Positions 29,845 through 38,049 of a DNA stretch of 61,035 nt are shown here, one piece after another. Source of the stretch: Vicinamibacteria bacterium (lineage in GTDB: Bacteria; Acidobacteriota; Vicinamibacteria; Vicinamibacterales; UBA8438). Location: the NCBI GenBank assembly GCA_022821235.1, contig JAJEEA010000534.1, forward strand, positions 1-61,035. The letters are read 5' to 3'. The translations under genes and the position numbers were made by a program. Position 1 is the stretch's first letter. Each line of letters begins with the position of its first letter. The notes beneath the pieces were generated by a model. The model worked only from the letters and a program-made list of their open reading frames with translations, did not search any database and was not told where the DNA came from.

Positions 29845-30246
29845 CGCGCGCGGCGCCAGCCATCCGCCGGACGGAGCCGCCGGAAGCCTGTTTCCCGACG
29901 GGCTCGCGGCCCCGTCCGGCGCGACCGCGGGGATCCGGCGCCGAAACCCTCGAGCAGCCGGTCAGGCGTCTGCGCCGCAGGACGGCGCGGACTCCTCGAG
30001 GGTGGTTGGGCGCCAAGCGGGCCGAAGGCGACGACCGGCGGGCCTCGCAGCGTGCAACGCGGGTCGAATGGCGCGCGGCCGTTGGGGATTGGTCTGGCAC
30101 CAGGCGGAGCCGAAGTTGACGGTGGGCCGGCCACCGTAGCGCGCAACGCGGGTCGGGTATCGCGTGGCCGTGGGCCGCGGGCTCCTGACCGAAGGGCTCG
30201 GGGGAACGACCGGCGGCGGCGCGCGAGCACGGACATCGTCGGTTCC

Positions 30247-31233
30247 ATGGGCACTCAGGTCGCCGTCAACCACCGCACCCGCTACGACTACGACCGGCTC
30301 GTGACCCTGGCGCCGCACGTCGTCCGGCTGCGGCCGGCGCCGCACTGCCGCACCCCCGTCACCCACTACTCGCTCCGCATCGATCCGCCCGACCACTTCC
30401 TCAACTGGCAGCAGGACCCCCACGGCAACCACCTCGCCCGCGCGGTCTTCCGCACCCCGGCCCGCCGGCTCCGCATCGAGGTCGATCTGGTCGCCGAGCT
30501 GACGGCCATCAACCCGTTCGACTTCTTCCTCGAACCGTCGGCCGAACGCTTCCCCTTCGAGTACGAGCCGTGGCTGGCGAAAGACCTGCGCCCATGCCTC
30601 GAGACGGAGCCGCCCGGTCCCGAGCTGCGCCGGTTCCTGGCCGACATCGACACGCGGGCGCGCCCCACCGTGGACTTCCTGGTGACGTTGAACGGAGACC
30701 TCGAGCGGCGCATCGACTACGAGACCCGGATGGAGCCGGGCGTCCGGACCTGCGACGACACGCTGGCGCGGGGCCGCGGCTCGTGCCGGGACAGCGCCTG
30801 GCTGCTCACCCAGATCCTGCGGAACCTGGGGCTGGCCGCGCGGTTCGTGTCGGGCTACCTGATACAGCTCGTCCCCGACGTCAGGCCCCTCGAGGGGCCG
30901 GCAGGGCCGTCCCGCGACTCCGACGAACACGAACGCTTGGCGGCGGCGCGCCGGAACGAGGAGACGGAGAGACCGCCGGGGCCGTCCCGCGACTCCGCCG
31001 AGCTCCACGCCTGGGTCGAGACGTTCCTGCCGGGCGCGGGCTGGGTGGGGCTGGACCCGACCTCGGGGCTGCTCGCGGCCGAGGGGCACCTGCCGGTGGC
31101 GGCGACGGCGGAGCCGGCGACGGCCGCGCCCGTCAGCGGCAGCGTGTCGCCGGCGGAGGTCGAGTTCGACCATGCGGTGACGGTGACCCGCCTGGACGAC
31201 GCCGCCTGCGCCGGGAAGGGCGGCCCCAGGTGA
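30247..31233 (+). CDS. Transglutaminase-like protein (Bact_transglu_N + transglutaminase core)
   Basis: The ATG at 30247 gives MGTQVAVNHRTRYDYDRLVTLAPHVVRLRP... The catalytic Cys block is GRGSCRDSAWLLTQILRNLGLAARFVSGY. The His/Asp block is LHAWVETFLPGAGWVGLDPTSG. A ~40-aa insert between these blocks carries a duplicated GPSRDS. Confidence 0.85.
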   Translation: MGTQVAVNHRTRYDYDRLVTLAPHVVRLRPAPHCRTPVTHYSLRIDPPDHFLNWQQDPHGNHLARAVFRTPARRLRIEVDLVAELTAINPFDFFLEPSAERFPFEYEPWLAKDLRPCLETEPPGPELRRFLADIDTRARPTVDFLVTLNGDLERRIDYETRMEPGVRTCDDTLARGRGSCRDSAWLLTQILRNLGLAARFVSGYLIQLVPDVRPLEGPAGPSRDSDEHERLAAARRNEETERPPGPSRDSAELHAWVETFLPGAGWVGLDPTSGLLAAEGHLPVAATAEPATAAPVSGSVSPAEVEFDHAVTVTRLDDAACAGKGGPR

Positions 31234-31307
31234 ACCGGGCCCCGGGCGACCCGCGCCACGATCGACTCCGAAACCGCGAGGGCCGGGGGCGTGCGCCCGA
31301 GGGCGGG

Positions 31308-31503
31308 GTGTCGCCACACGGCGCCGCGACCGGGATACTGCCACACGACGCCGCGGCCGGGGTGTCACCACACGACGCCGCGACCGGGATGTCGCCACAC
31401 GACGCCACCGCCGGGATGTCGCCACACGACGCCGCGGCCGGGGTGTCACCACACGACGCCGCGGCCGGGACGTCGCCACACGGCGCCACGGCCGGGACGT
31501 CGC
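31308..31503. repeat. 27-bp tandem repeat, 7 full units plus a partial eighth
   Basis: The units start at 31308, 31335, 31362, 31389, 31416, 31443 and 31470. The consensus is (G/A)TGTC(G/A)CCACACGACGCCGCGGCCGGG. The period is exactly 9 codons. Confidence 0.9.
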
Positions 31504-31516
31504 CGGAGGCGGAGCC

Positions 31517-34084
31517 TTGACGCGGCCGCCCGCCTACGCCCCCCTCGCCGGCCACTACGACGAGATGGTGGAACGGGACGGCGCCCGCCGGCCGCACTGG
31601 GAGGCGGTGACCGACGCCCTCGCCGCGGCCGGGCGGCACGAGCTCAACCGCCGGACGCAGGAGGCCCGCCGCCTCATCCGCGACAACGGCATGACGTTCC
31701 ACGTCCACCGGGGGGGCGGCACCCGGGAGCGCCCCTGGCCCCTCGACCTCATCCCGTGCGTGATCGACGGGGCCGAGTGGGCCCACCTGGAACGGGCGGT
31801 CGTCCAGCGCGCCCGGCTCTACGAGGCCGTCCTCGGCGACCTCTACGGCCCGCGGCGGCTCGTCCACGAGGGCGCCCTGCCCGCGGACTGGCTCCACGCC
31901 AACCCCGCCTTCCTGCGGGCATGCGACGGGCTGCAGCCGCCGGCGGGACGCTGGCTCCCCCTCTATGCCGCCGACCTCGTGCGGGCGCCGGACGGGAGCT
32001 GGTGGGTGCTCGGCGACCGCACCGAGGCGCCGGCGGGGCTCGCGTTCGCGCTCGAGAACCGCATCGTCGTCAACGCGGTGCTGCCGGACGTGCTGGTGGC
32101 GTCGAAGGTGCGGCGCCTCGCCGGCACGTTCGAGGCCCGCCGGATGTCGCTCGCGGCGAGCGCGCCGGGGCACCGGGAGAACCCCCGCATCGTCGTCCTG
32201 ACCCCGGGGCCGGCGTCGGAGAACTACTTCGAGCACGCGTTCCTGGCCCGCTACATGGGCTACACCCTCGTCGAGGGCGCCGACCTGACCGTCCGCGACT
32301 ACCGCGTCTACATCAAGACGCTGGGCGGCCTGCAGCCGGTCGACCTGATCCTGCGCAGCCAGCCGTCGGAGGCCTGCGATCCCCTCGAATTCGGGGGGCC
32401 GTCGCAGAGCGGCGTGCCCGGGCTCGTGGAAGCGGTGAGGCGCGGCAACGTGGCCGTCATCAACCCGCTGGGGGCCGGCGTCGCGCAGTCGCCGGCCCTG
32501 ATGGCGTTCCTCCCCGGCCTGTGCCGCCGCCTCCTCGACGCCGACCTGCTGCTGCCGTCGGTGGCCACGTGGTGGTGCGGCGACGAGGCGGCCCGCACGC
32601 ACGTGCTCGAGCGCCTCGACCGCCTCGTGATCAAGCCGGCCTATCCCAGCGTGCGGCGTGAGCGGACGTTCGGGCGGCGCCTCCCCGAGGGGCAGCGGGC
32701 CCGGCTAGCCGACCGCGTCGCGCGCCAGCCCCACCGCTACGTGGCCCAGGAGCAGGTCGCGTTGTCGACGACCCCGGTCCGGGTGGCCGGCGGCCTCTCC
32801 CCGCGCTTCCTCGTCATCCGCGTCTACGCCCTGTCGCAGGGCGACGGCTACGACGTGCTGCCGGGGGGGCTGGGCCGCGTGTCGTCGTCGACCGGCTCCC
32901 TCGACGTGACGCTGCTCGGCGGCGGCAGCAGCAAGGACGTCTGGGTGGTGGGCGAGACGGCCGAGCCCCACCGCTCGCTGATCCCGGCCAGCGTCTCCCC
33001 CATCGGCGTCAGCCGGGCCACGTTCGATCTGCCGAGCCGGGTCGCCGACAACCTCTTCTGGCTGGGCCGGTACTCGGAGCGGGTGGGGGCCGCGGTGCGG
33101 CTGCTGCGCGCGGCGATGCCGCTGCTCTCGGAGGAATCGTCTCGCCGGTCGACGGCGGCGCTGGCCGGCGCCCTGAGCTTCCTCACCGACCTCGACTACG
33201 TGCCGCAGGGAGCGGGCATCGCCAACCTCCCGCCCGTTCGCGCCCTGCAGGCCGCGGTCGGGGCCATGCTGTCCGAACCGGACCGGCGCGGCGGCCTGCG
33301 CTGGCAGGTGGAGCACCTGCGCAACGCGGCGTGGCTCTTGCGCGACCGCCTCTCGGCGGACTCGTGGCGCATCATCAGCCGCCTCGAGTCCGACCTCCGC
33401 TCGGGCCGGTCCGGCCGCCGGGAGCGCGGCGGCCTGCGCCGCACCCTGGACCAGATGGTCATGATGCTCGCGAGCTTCAGCGGCGCCGTCAGCGAGGGCA
33501 TGACGCGGGGTCACGGGTGGCGCCTGCTCGACATCGGGCGTCGGCTCGAGCGCGCGCTGCAGGTGCTCCTGCTCCTGCGGCACGGGCTGACGACGGTGGC
33601 CGAGGACGAACGGGCGCGCATCGAGCTCCTGCTCGACGCCACCGACAGCGCCATCACCTACCGGTCGCGCTATCTCACCTCGCTGCGGGCCAATCTCGTC
33701 GTCGACCTCCTGCTGCTCGACGACGCGAACCCGCGGGGCGTGGCGTTCCAGCTCGATCGGCTGAAGCAGCACGTCGCGGAGCTGCCCGACCCGCCCACGC
33801 CGGGCCGCACGTCGCCGGAATCGAAGCTCGTCACCGCGGCCGTCGCGGCCGTCCAGCTCGCCGATCTCGACGAGCTGTGCGAGGTGCGCGAGGGCCGGCG
33901 CCCCGCGCTGACGGCGCTGCTCGACCGGGTCCGGGCCGATCTGGGCGGCCTCTCGGACGCGCTGACCCGCGACTACCTCACCCACGCGGTTCCGGTCCGG
34001 CACCTGGCCCGTCCATCGTCACCCGGCGACCGCGCCGAACGCCCGGCCAACCCTCCGGGAATTCGCACCGTTCTACGAGGCTGA
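31517..34084 (+). CDS. Fused circularly-permuted ATP-grasp (type 2) + alpha-E domain protein
   Basis: The 855-aa ORF has a TTG start 7 nt after GGAGG. The N-terminal ~480 aa resemble CP-ATP-grasp proteins (YDEM...RPHW, VVLTPGPASENYFEHAFLARYMGYTLVEGADL, VINPLGAG, WWCG). The C-terminal ~330 aa resemble alpha-E (DNLFWLGRYSERVGAAVRLLRA, WRLLDIGRRLERA, ITYRSRY). Confidence 0.85.
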   Translation: MTRPPAYAPLAGHYDEMVERDGARRPHWEAVTDALAAAGRHELNRRTQEARRLIRDNGMTFHVHRGGGTRERPWPLDLIPCVIDGAEWAHLERAVVQRARLYEAVLGDLYGPRRLVHEGALPADWLHANPAFLRACDGLQPPAGRWLPLYAADLVRAPDGSWWVLGDRTEAPAGLAFALENRIVVNAVLPDVLVASKVRRLAGTFEARRMSLAASAPGHRENPRIVVLTPGPASENYFEHAFLARYMGYTLVEGADLTVRDYRVYIKTLGGLQPVDLILRSQPSEACDPLEFGGPSQSGVPGLVEAVRRGNVAVINPLGAGVAQSPALMAFLPGLCRRLLDADLLLPSVATWWCGDEAARTHVLERLDRLVIKPAYPSVRRERTFGRRLPEGQRARLADRVARQPHRYVAQEQVALSTTPVRVAGGLSPRFLVIRVYALSQGDGYDVLPGGLGRVSSSTGSLDVTLLGGGSSKDVWVVGETAEPHRSLIPASVSPIGVSRATFDLPSRVADNLFWLGRYSERVGAAVRLLRAAMPLLSEESSRRSTAALAGALSFLTDLDYVPQGAGIANLPPVRALQAAVGAMLSEPDRRGGLRWQVEHLRNAAWLLRDRLSADSWRIISRLESDLRSGRSGRRERGGLRRTLDQMVMMLASFSGAVSEGMTRGHGWRLLDIGRRLERALQVLLLLRHGLTTVAEDERARIELLLDATDSAITYRSRYLTSLRANLVVDLLLLDDANPRGVAFQLDRLKQHVAELPDPPTPGRTSPESKLVTAAVAAVQLADLDELCEVREGRRPALTALLDRVRADLGGLSDALTRDYLTHAVPVRHLARPSSPGDRAERPANPPGIRTVLRG

Positions 34085-34098
34085 CCCCTCACGAGCCG

Positions 34099-34980
34099 AT
34101 GATCACCGCACCGCCGCCCGGGCGCGAGTACCGTGTGAGGCACACCAGCCGCTACGCGTACGCCGAGCCGGTGTCGCTGTCCATGCACCAGGTGCGGCTG
34201 ACCCCGCGGGCGAGGAGAACGCAGGCCGTGCGCGACACCCGGCTCGTGATCGATCCGCCGGCCAGCGGCTCGATCACGCGCGAGGATTACTTCGGCAACG
34301 CCACCACGACCTTCACGATCCAGGGCGCGCACCGCCACCTGCGGGTGACGGCGGAGAGCCTGGTGTCGGTGTCGGCGCCCGCCCCGGCCGGCCTCGACTC
34401 GCCGTCGCTGGCCGAGACCGTCGCCCGGCTGCGGGCGCGCGACGCGGCGGACGATCTGGCCGCCGTCGAGTACCAGGTGGAGTCGCCGCTCGCCCCGCGG
34501 GGCAGCCTCTACGCCCGCTACGCCGCCCCGCTGCTCGCCCCGCGCCGGCCCCTGCTCGAGGGCGTCGACGCGCTGATGAGGACCATCCACCTGGAGTTCC
34601 GGTACGACCCCGTGGCGACCACCGTGGCGACCCCCGTCTCCGAGGTCCTGGAGGGCCGCCACGGCGTCTGCCAGGACTTCGCGCACCTGATGATCGCCTG
34701 CCTGCGGTCGCACGGCGTCGCCGCCCGCTACGTCAGCGGATACCTGGTGCCGAAGCCCGGCGTCGTCGGCGCGCAGGCGTCCCACGCGTGGGTGTCGGTC
34801 TACTGCCCGGGCGTGGGGTGGGTGGACTTCGACCCCACCAACGACGTCCGGCCGGCCGGCGGGCACATCACCCTGGGGTGGGGGCGCGACTTCGACGACG
34901 TCAGCCCCCTGAAGGGGGTGACGGTCGGCGGGGGAAACCACGACGTGACGGTCGAGGTGCTGGTCACGCCGGCGGGGTGA
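34099..34980 (+). CDS. Transglutaminase-family protein
   Basis: The ATG at 34099 gives YRVRHTSRYAYAEPVSLSMHQVRLTPR (Bact_transglu_N). The core is GRHGVCQDFAHLMIACLRSHGVAARYVSGY ... SHAWVSVYCPGVGWVDFDPTN. Confidence 0.9.
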   Translation: MITAPPPGREYRVRHTSRYAYAEPVSLSMHQVRLTPRARRTQAVRDTRLVIDPPASGSITREDYFGNATTTFTIQGAHRHLRVTAESLVSVSAPAPAGLDSPSLAETVARLRARDAADDLAAVEYQVESPLAPRGSLYARYAAPLLAPRRPLLEGVDALMRTIHLEFRYDPVATTVATPVSEVLEGRHGVCQDFAHLMIACLRSHGVAARYVSGYLVPKPGVVGAQASHAWVSVYCPGVGWVDFDPTNDVRPAGGHITLGWGRDFDDVSPLKGVTVGGGNHDVTVEVLVTPAG

Positions 34981-35110
34981 GAGCGGGCGTCCGGCGCTGG
35001 CGGGCAAAGCCGCCGCCGGCAGGAAGGCGCCCGACTCCTGCGGAAAGGGTCGCGCGGCACGAGGTGTAGGCGAGGCGATGATCGCCGGGCCGCCGACCCG
35101 CGACAGGCAA

Positions 35111-35135
35111 CGCCCCGCGGTCTTCACGCGGGGCG
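35111..35135. terminator. GC-rich hairpin between convergent genes, with a second degenerate copy at 35227-35251
   Basis: The hairpin is CGCCCCGCG-GTCTTCA-CGCGGGGCG, a 9-bp stem. It sits between the stops at 34980 (+) and 35298 (-) and has no clear U-tract. The second copy has one stem mismatch. Confidence 0.35.
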
Positions 35136-35297
35136 CCGGCAGAAAGACGCCGATTCCTCGGAGCGGTCCGGCGGCCGGGGAAGGGGGGAGTCGAACTCTC
35201 GGCGGCCGCCGACCCGCGCCGGGCGGCGCCCCGCGCTCCTCACGCGGGACGCCGGCAGGCCGCGCGGAGAGCGGATCCGCAGGCCATGGTTCCCGCG

Positions 35298-36323
35298 CTA
35301 CTGCTCCTGCTCGGCCGTGTCGAGCTCCGCGACCCTCGCGCCGGTCAGGATGTTGAGCAGCCCGTAGTTCCCCTCGTGGCACGCGTACTCGTACATGCCG
35401 TTGCCGCGCTTCATCGGCAGAGCGGCGGTGAACGGCGCGGTGAACGAGGTCGGGTCGTCCACGGTGTACTCGTAGAGCAGCGTGTCGTCGGCCACCCGGC
35501 TGAAGCGCTCGGTCAGGCGCAGGGTCGACCCGGTCCCGACCGCCGTCGCCACCGTGGGGTTGAAGCTCGCCGTCTTGTCGCTGAAGTTCCTGGTCTCGAC
35601 GACGAGGGTGTCGCCGTCCCAGTAGCCGCGCGAGTCGCCCATCCACTGGGCGAGGCCCTCGGGCAGGTGCTCGCGCCCGTCGAGGGGCACGATGCGGGCG
35701 TCGTGCACCATCTCGTTCAGAATCGCCACGTGGTCCGGGGTCTGGAACACCTGGATGTTCTGGTTGTAGCCGGCGGGCACGATGGGCGGGCCCGAGTTGA
35801 ACCCGAGGATGCACCGCTCGGCGAGCCCGCGGTCCTCGTAGCTGTCGGCCCCGATGCCCGCCGCCCGCGCCCGCACGGGGCGCGTGCCGGGCCGGTCCTC
35901 GCCCAGCGACAGCTCGATCAGCTCCACCCCGGGCTGGAGGGCCGGCAGTCGGCCCGTCGGCGGATCCACGATGAGCGACGTGCGCCCGTCGTCGACGACC
36001 GACGCGTCCTGGTCGACCCAGTAGCGGTTGTAGCCGCCGACGTTGCCGCCCACCGGCAGCGGCTCGTCGCGCACCTCGCTGGGGGCGTTGGCCGCGGCGT
36101 TGTTCTCGGCGGCTCTGGCCTCGATCTCGGCGATCTCCTCCGCCGACAGGACCGCCTTCTCCTGATCCGCGGGCCGCTGGAGCGGGGTCAGCGACTGGAA
36201 GTCCCACACCCCCTGCAGGTCGGGCTTGCCGTCGGGCAGCCGGGGGGGCTCGTAGGTCTGGGCGCCGGCCGAGGCCGCCGCCACCAGCAGCGCACCGACG
36301 ATCGCAAGGCTTCGTACTCTCAT
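35298..36323 (-). CDS. Secreted hypothetical protein (DGxPDLQGxW family, paralog of 1..499)
   Basis: The ATG at 36323 follows GGAGGA. The signal peptide is MRVRSLAIVGALLVAAASAGAQ, followed by PDGKPDLQGVWDF. The 341-aa composition is ordinary and GC3 is high. Confidence 0.75.
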   Translation of the reverse strand: MRVRSLAIVGALLVAAASAGAQTYEPPRLPDGKPDLQGVWDFQSLTPLQRPADQEKAVLSAEEIAEIEARAAENNAAANAPSEVRDEPLPVGGNVGGYNRYWVDQDASVVDDGRTSLIVDPPTGRLPALQPGVELIELSLGEDRPGTRPVRARAAGIGADSYEDRGLAERCILGFNSGPPIVPAGYNQNIQVFQTPDHVAILNEMVHDARIVPLDGREHLPEGLAQWMGDSRGYWDGDTLVVETRNFSDKTASFNPTVATAVGTGSTLRLTERFSRVADDTLLYEYTVDDPTSFTAPFTAALPMKRGNGMYEYACHEGNYGLLNILTGARVAELDTAEQEQ

Positions 36324-36570
36324 CTCGACCATTCCTCCATCTGCGCGGTTCCGCATGCGTCATCCTGGGACCGGCGGCGCCCGGCGGCGCCGACTCCCGT
36401 CCCCGCGTTTCGTATCCGAGCGCCTTCGCTCGGGACGCTGCTCGATATCGACTTCGCCGACTTCAGCCGGGCGCAACCCCGCCACCGTGTTCCTGGAACC
36501 CGGAACACGACCAGGCAACTCTCGCCCGTGTACTCGACCGCTCTCCAGGCGTCCCGGCCCGCGAAGGCCG

Positions 36571-37557
36571 CTACTCGTCCTCGGCGCCGGCGAACTTCTG
36601 CACGCGGCCCGCGAGCTGCGCGACGAACACCTCGCCGTCCTCCGTCACCGTCATCCCATGCCCGCCGTTGCCGCCGGGCAGGGTCGCCACCGCCTCACCG
36701 TCGAGGCTGCGCAGCGTGCCCCCCGTCCACAGGTGCTGATCGTCGGTCATGAACAGGGCCGAGTTGCCGCCGATCTCGGGCCACTCGGCGAGGAACCCGC
36801 CGTCGGCGTCGAAGACCTGAACGCGACGGTTGTCGCGATCGCTGACGTAGACCCGCCCCTCCGCGTCGACCTGCAGGTTGTGGGGGAGGCCGAACTCGCC
36901 GGGGCCGGCGCCCCGGCTGCCCCACTCGAGCAGGTACTCGCCGTCGGCCGAGTACTTCACGACCCGGGCGTTGCCGTAGCCGTCGCTGACGTAGATCGAC
37001 CCGTCGGGTCCGAAGGCGACGTCCGTGGGCAGGTTGAAGGTGTTGCGGCTGCGGCCCGCGACGCCCTTCGCCCCCAGCTCCATGAGCACGCGGCCCTGGA
37101 AGTCCATCTTGTAGACGACGTGGCCGGGCGCGTCGACCACCCAGATGTCGCCGGCGGGGTCGACCCGCACCGCGTGGGCGCCGCAGTTGTGGCAGCCCGC
37201 CGCCCCGTAGACGGCGGTGTAGCCCGACTGCCCGGGCTCGCGGTCGGCCGGCGCGATGCCCGCGACCTTGCCGTTGTCGAAGAGACCGTCGCCCCAGGCC
37301 CGCACGAAGCGGCCGCCGGGGTCGAACAGCATCAGCGGCTCGGCGCCCCGATGCAGCATCAGGACGTACCCATTGGCGGTGGTCGCGACCCCCGACACCT
37401 GCCCGAAGTTCCAGGCGGCCGGGGTGCCCGCGGCCGAGGTCGGCGCGTCGGGCCAGCCTTCGACCTCCGCGTACTTCTCCGTCTGCCCGTGCGCCGCCTG
37501 ACCGATGGCCACCACCAGCAGGCAGCACGCCAGCAAGCTTGTCCACCTGACCGTCAT
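36571..37557 (-). CDS. Secreted NHL-repeat beta-propeller protein (peptidyl-alpha-hydroxyglycine amidating lyase-like)
   Basis: The ATG at 37557 gives a signal peptide. The ORF has repeated NHL-type units (DIWVVDAPGHVVYKMD, SIYVSDGYGNARVVKYS, RVYVSDRDNRRVQVFD). Confidence 0.8.
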   Translation of the reverse strand: MTVRWTSLLACCLLVVAIGQAAHGQTEKYAEVEGWPDAPTSAAGTPAAWNFGQVSGVATTANGYVLMLHRGAEPLMLFDPGGRFVRAWGDGLFDNGKVAGIAPADREPGQSGYTAVYGAAGCHNCGAHAVRVDPAGDIWVVDAPGHVVYKMDFQGRVLMELGAKGVAGRSRNTFNLPTDVAFGPDGSIYVSDGYGNARVVKYSADGEYLLEWGSRGAGPGEFGLPHNLQVDAEGRVYVSDRDNRRVQVFDADGGFLAEWPEIGGNSALFMTDDQHLWTGGTLRSLDGEAVATLPGGNGGHGMTVTEDGEVFVAQLAGRVQKFAGAEDE

Positions 37558-37597
37558 TCGACCTGCTCCTGACATCACGAAACGGCCCCCCAAGGCG

Positions 37598-37798
37598 TCA
37601 CTTGGTCACGAACGACGCCACCACCGCCTGCAACGCGTCCACACGGCCCGTCAGCGCATCTACGCGGCCCGTCAGCGTATCTACGCGGCCCGTCAGCCGA
37701 TCCACCTTGGTGTTGACCAGCAGCACTCCCACCGCCGCCACGAGCGAAATCAACCCCGTGACGACTCCGATGATCAGCGTCAGCGTCTCCTTGTCCAT
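37598..37798 (-). CDS. Small TM-anchored protein with a heptad tandem-repeat tail
   Basis: The full sequence is MDKETLTLIIGVVTGLISLVAAVGVLLVNTKVDRLTGRVDTLTGRVDALTGRVDALQAVVASFVTK. The LTGRVD(A/T) units are encoded by three 21-bp tandem DNA units at 37637-37699. Confidence 0.6.
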   Translation of the reverse strand: MDKETLTLIIGVVTGLISLVAAVGVLLVNTKVDRLTGRVDTLTGRVDALTGRVDALQAVVASFVTK

Positions 37799-38049
37799 GC
37801 CTCCTTCCCTTCTCCGACCTGGTCGCCCCTCAGACTACCACGGGCCGCGCGATGAGCCGCGGAGTCAGCGGCCTCGTTACTGCCGTCCAACGGCGCCGGC
37901 CGGCACCTCCGCGAAACCGCGGCCGCACCGCATCGATGACCGATTCCGACCCGAGCTCTCGGGTTTCCCCTGGATTCAGCCCTGAAGTCGTTTCCGCGAC
38001 GCGCCATTGGCGGATCCGGTCGGATTCTGCGGGGCCGCGCCCTGTCACA

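Noticed and set aside
31308-31503. The 27-bp repeat array considered as a CRISPR array
   Set aside because: The units are directly adjacent with no spacers. The period equals the unit length and no cas genes are nearby. It is a tandem repeat.
31133-36363. Long minus-strand ORFs (489 aa, 432 aa, 796 aa) antisense or off-frame to the ATP-grasp/transglutaminase operon and the secreted protein gene
   Set aside because: They have shadow composition. The called genes carry family motifs and proper RBS or start coupling.
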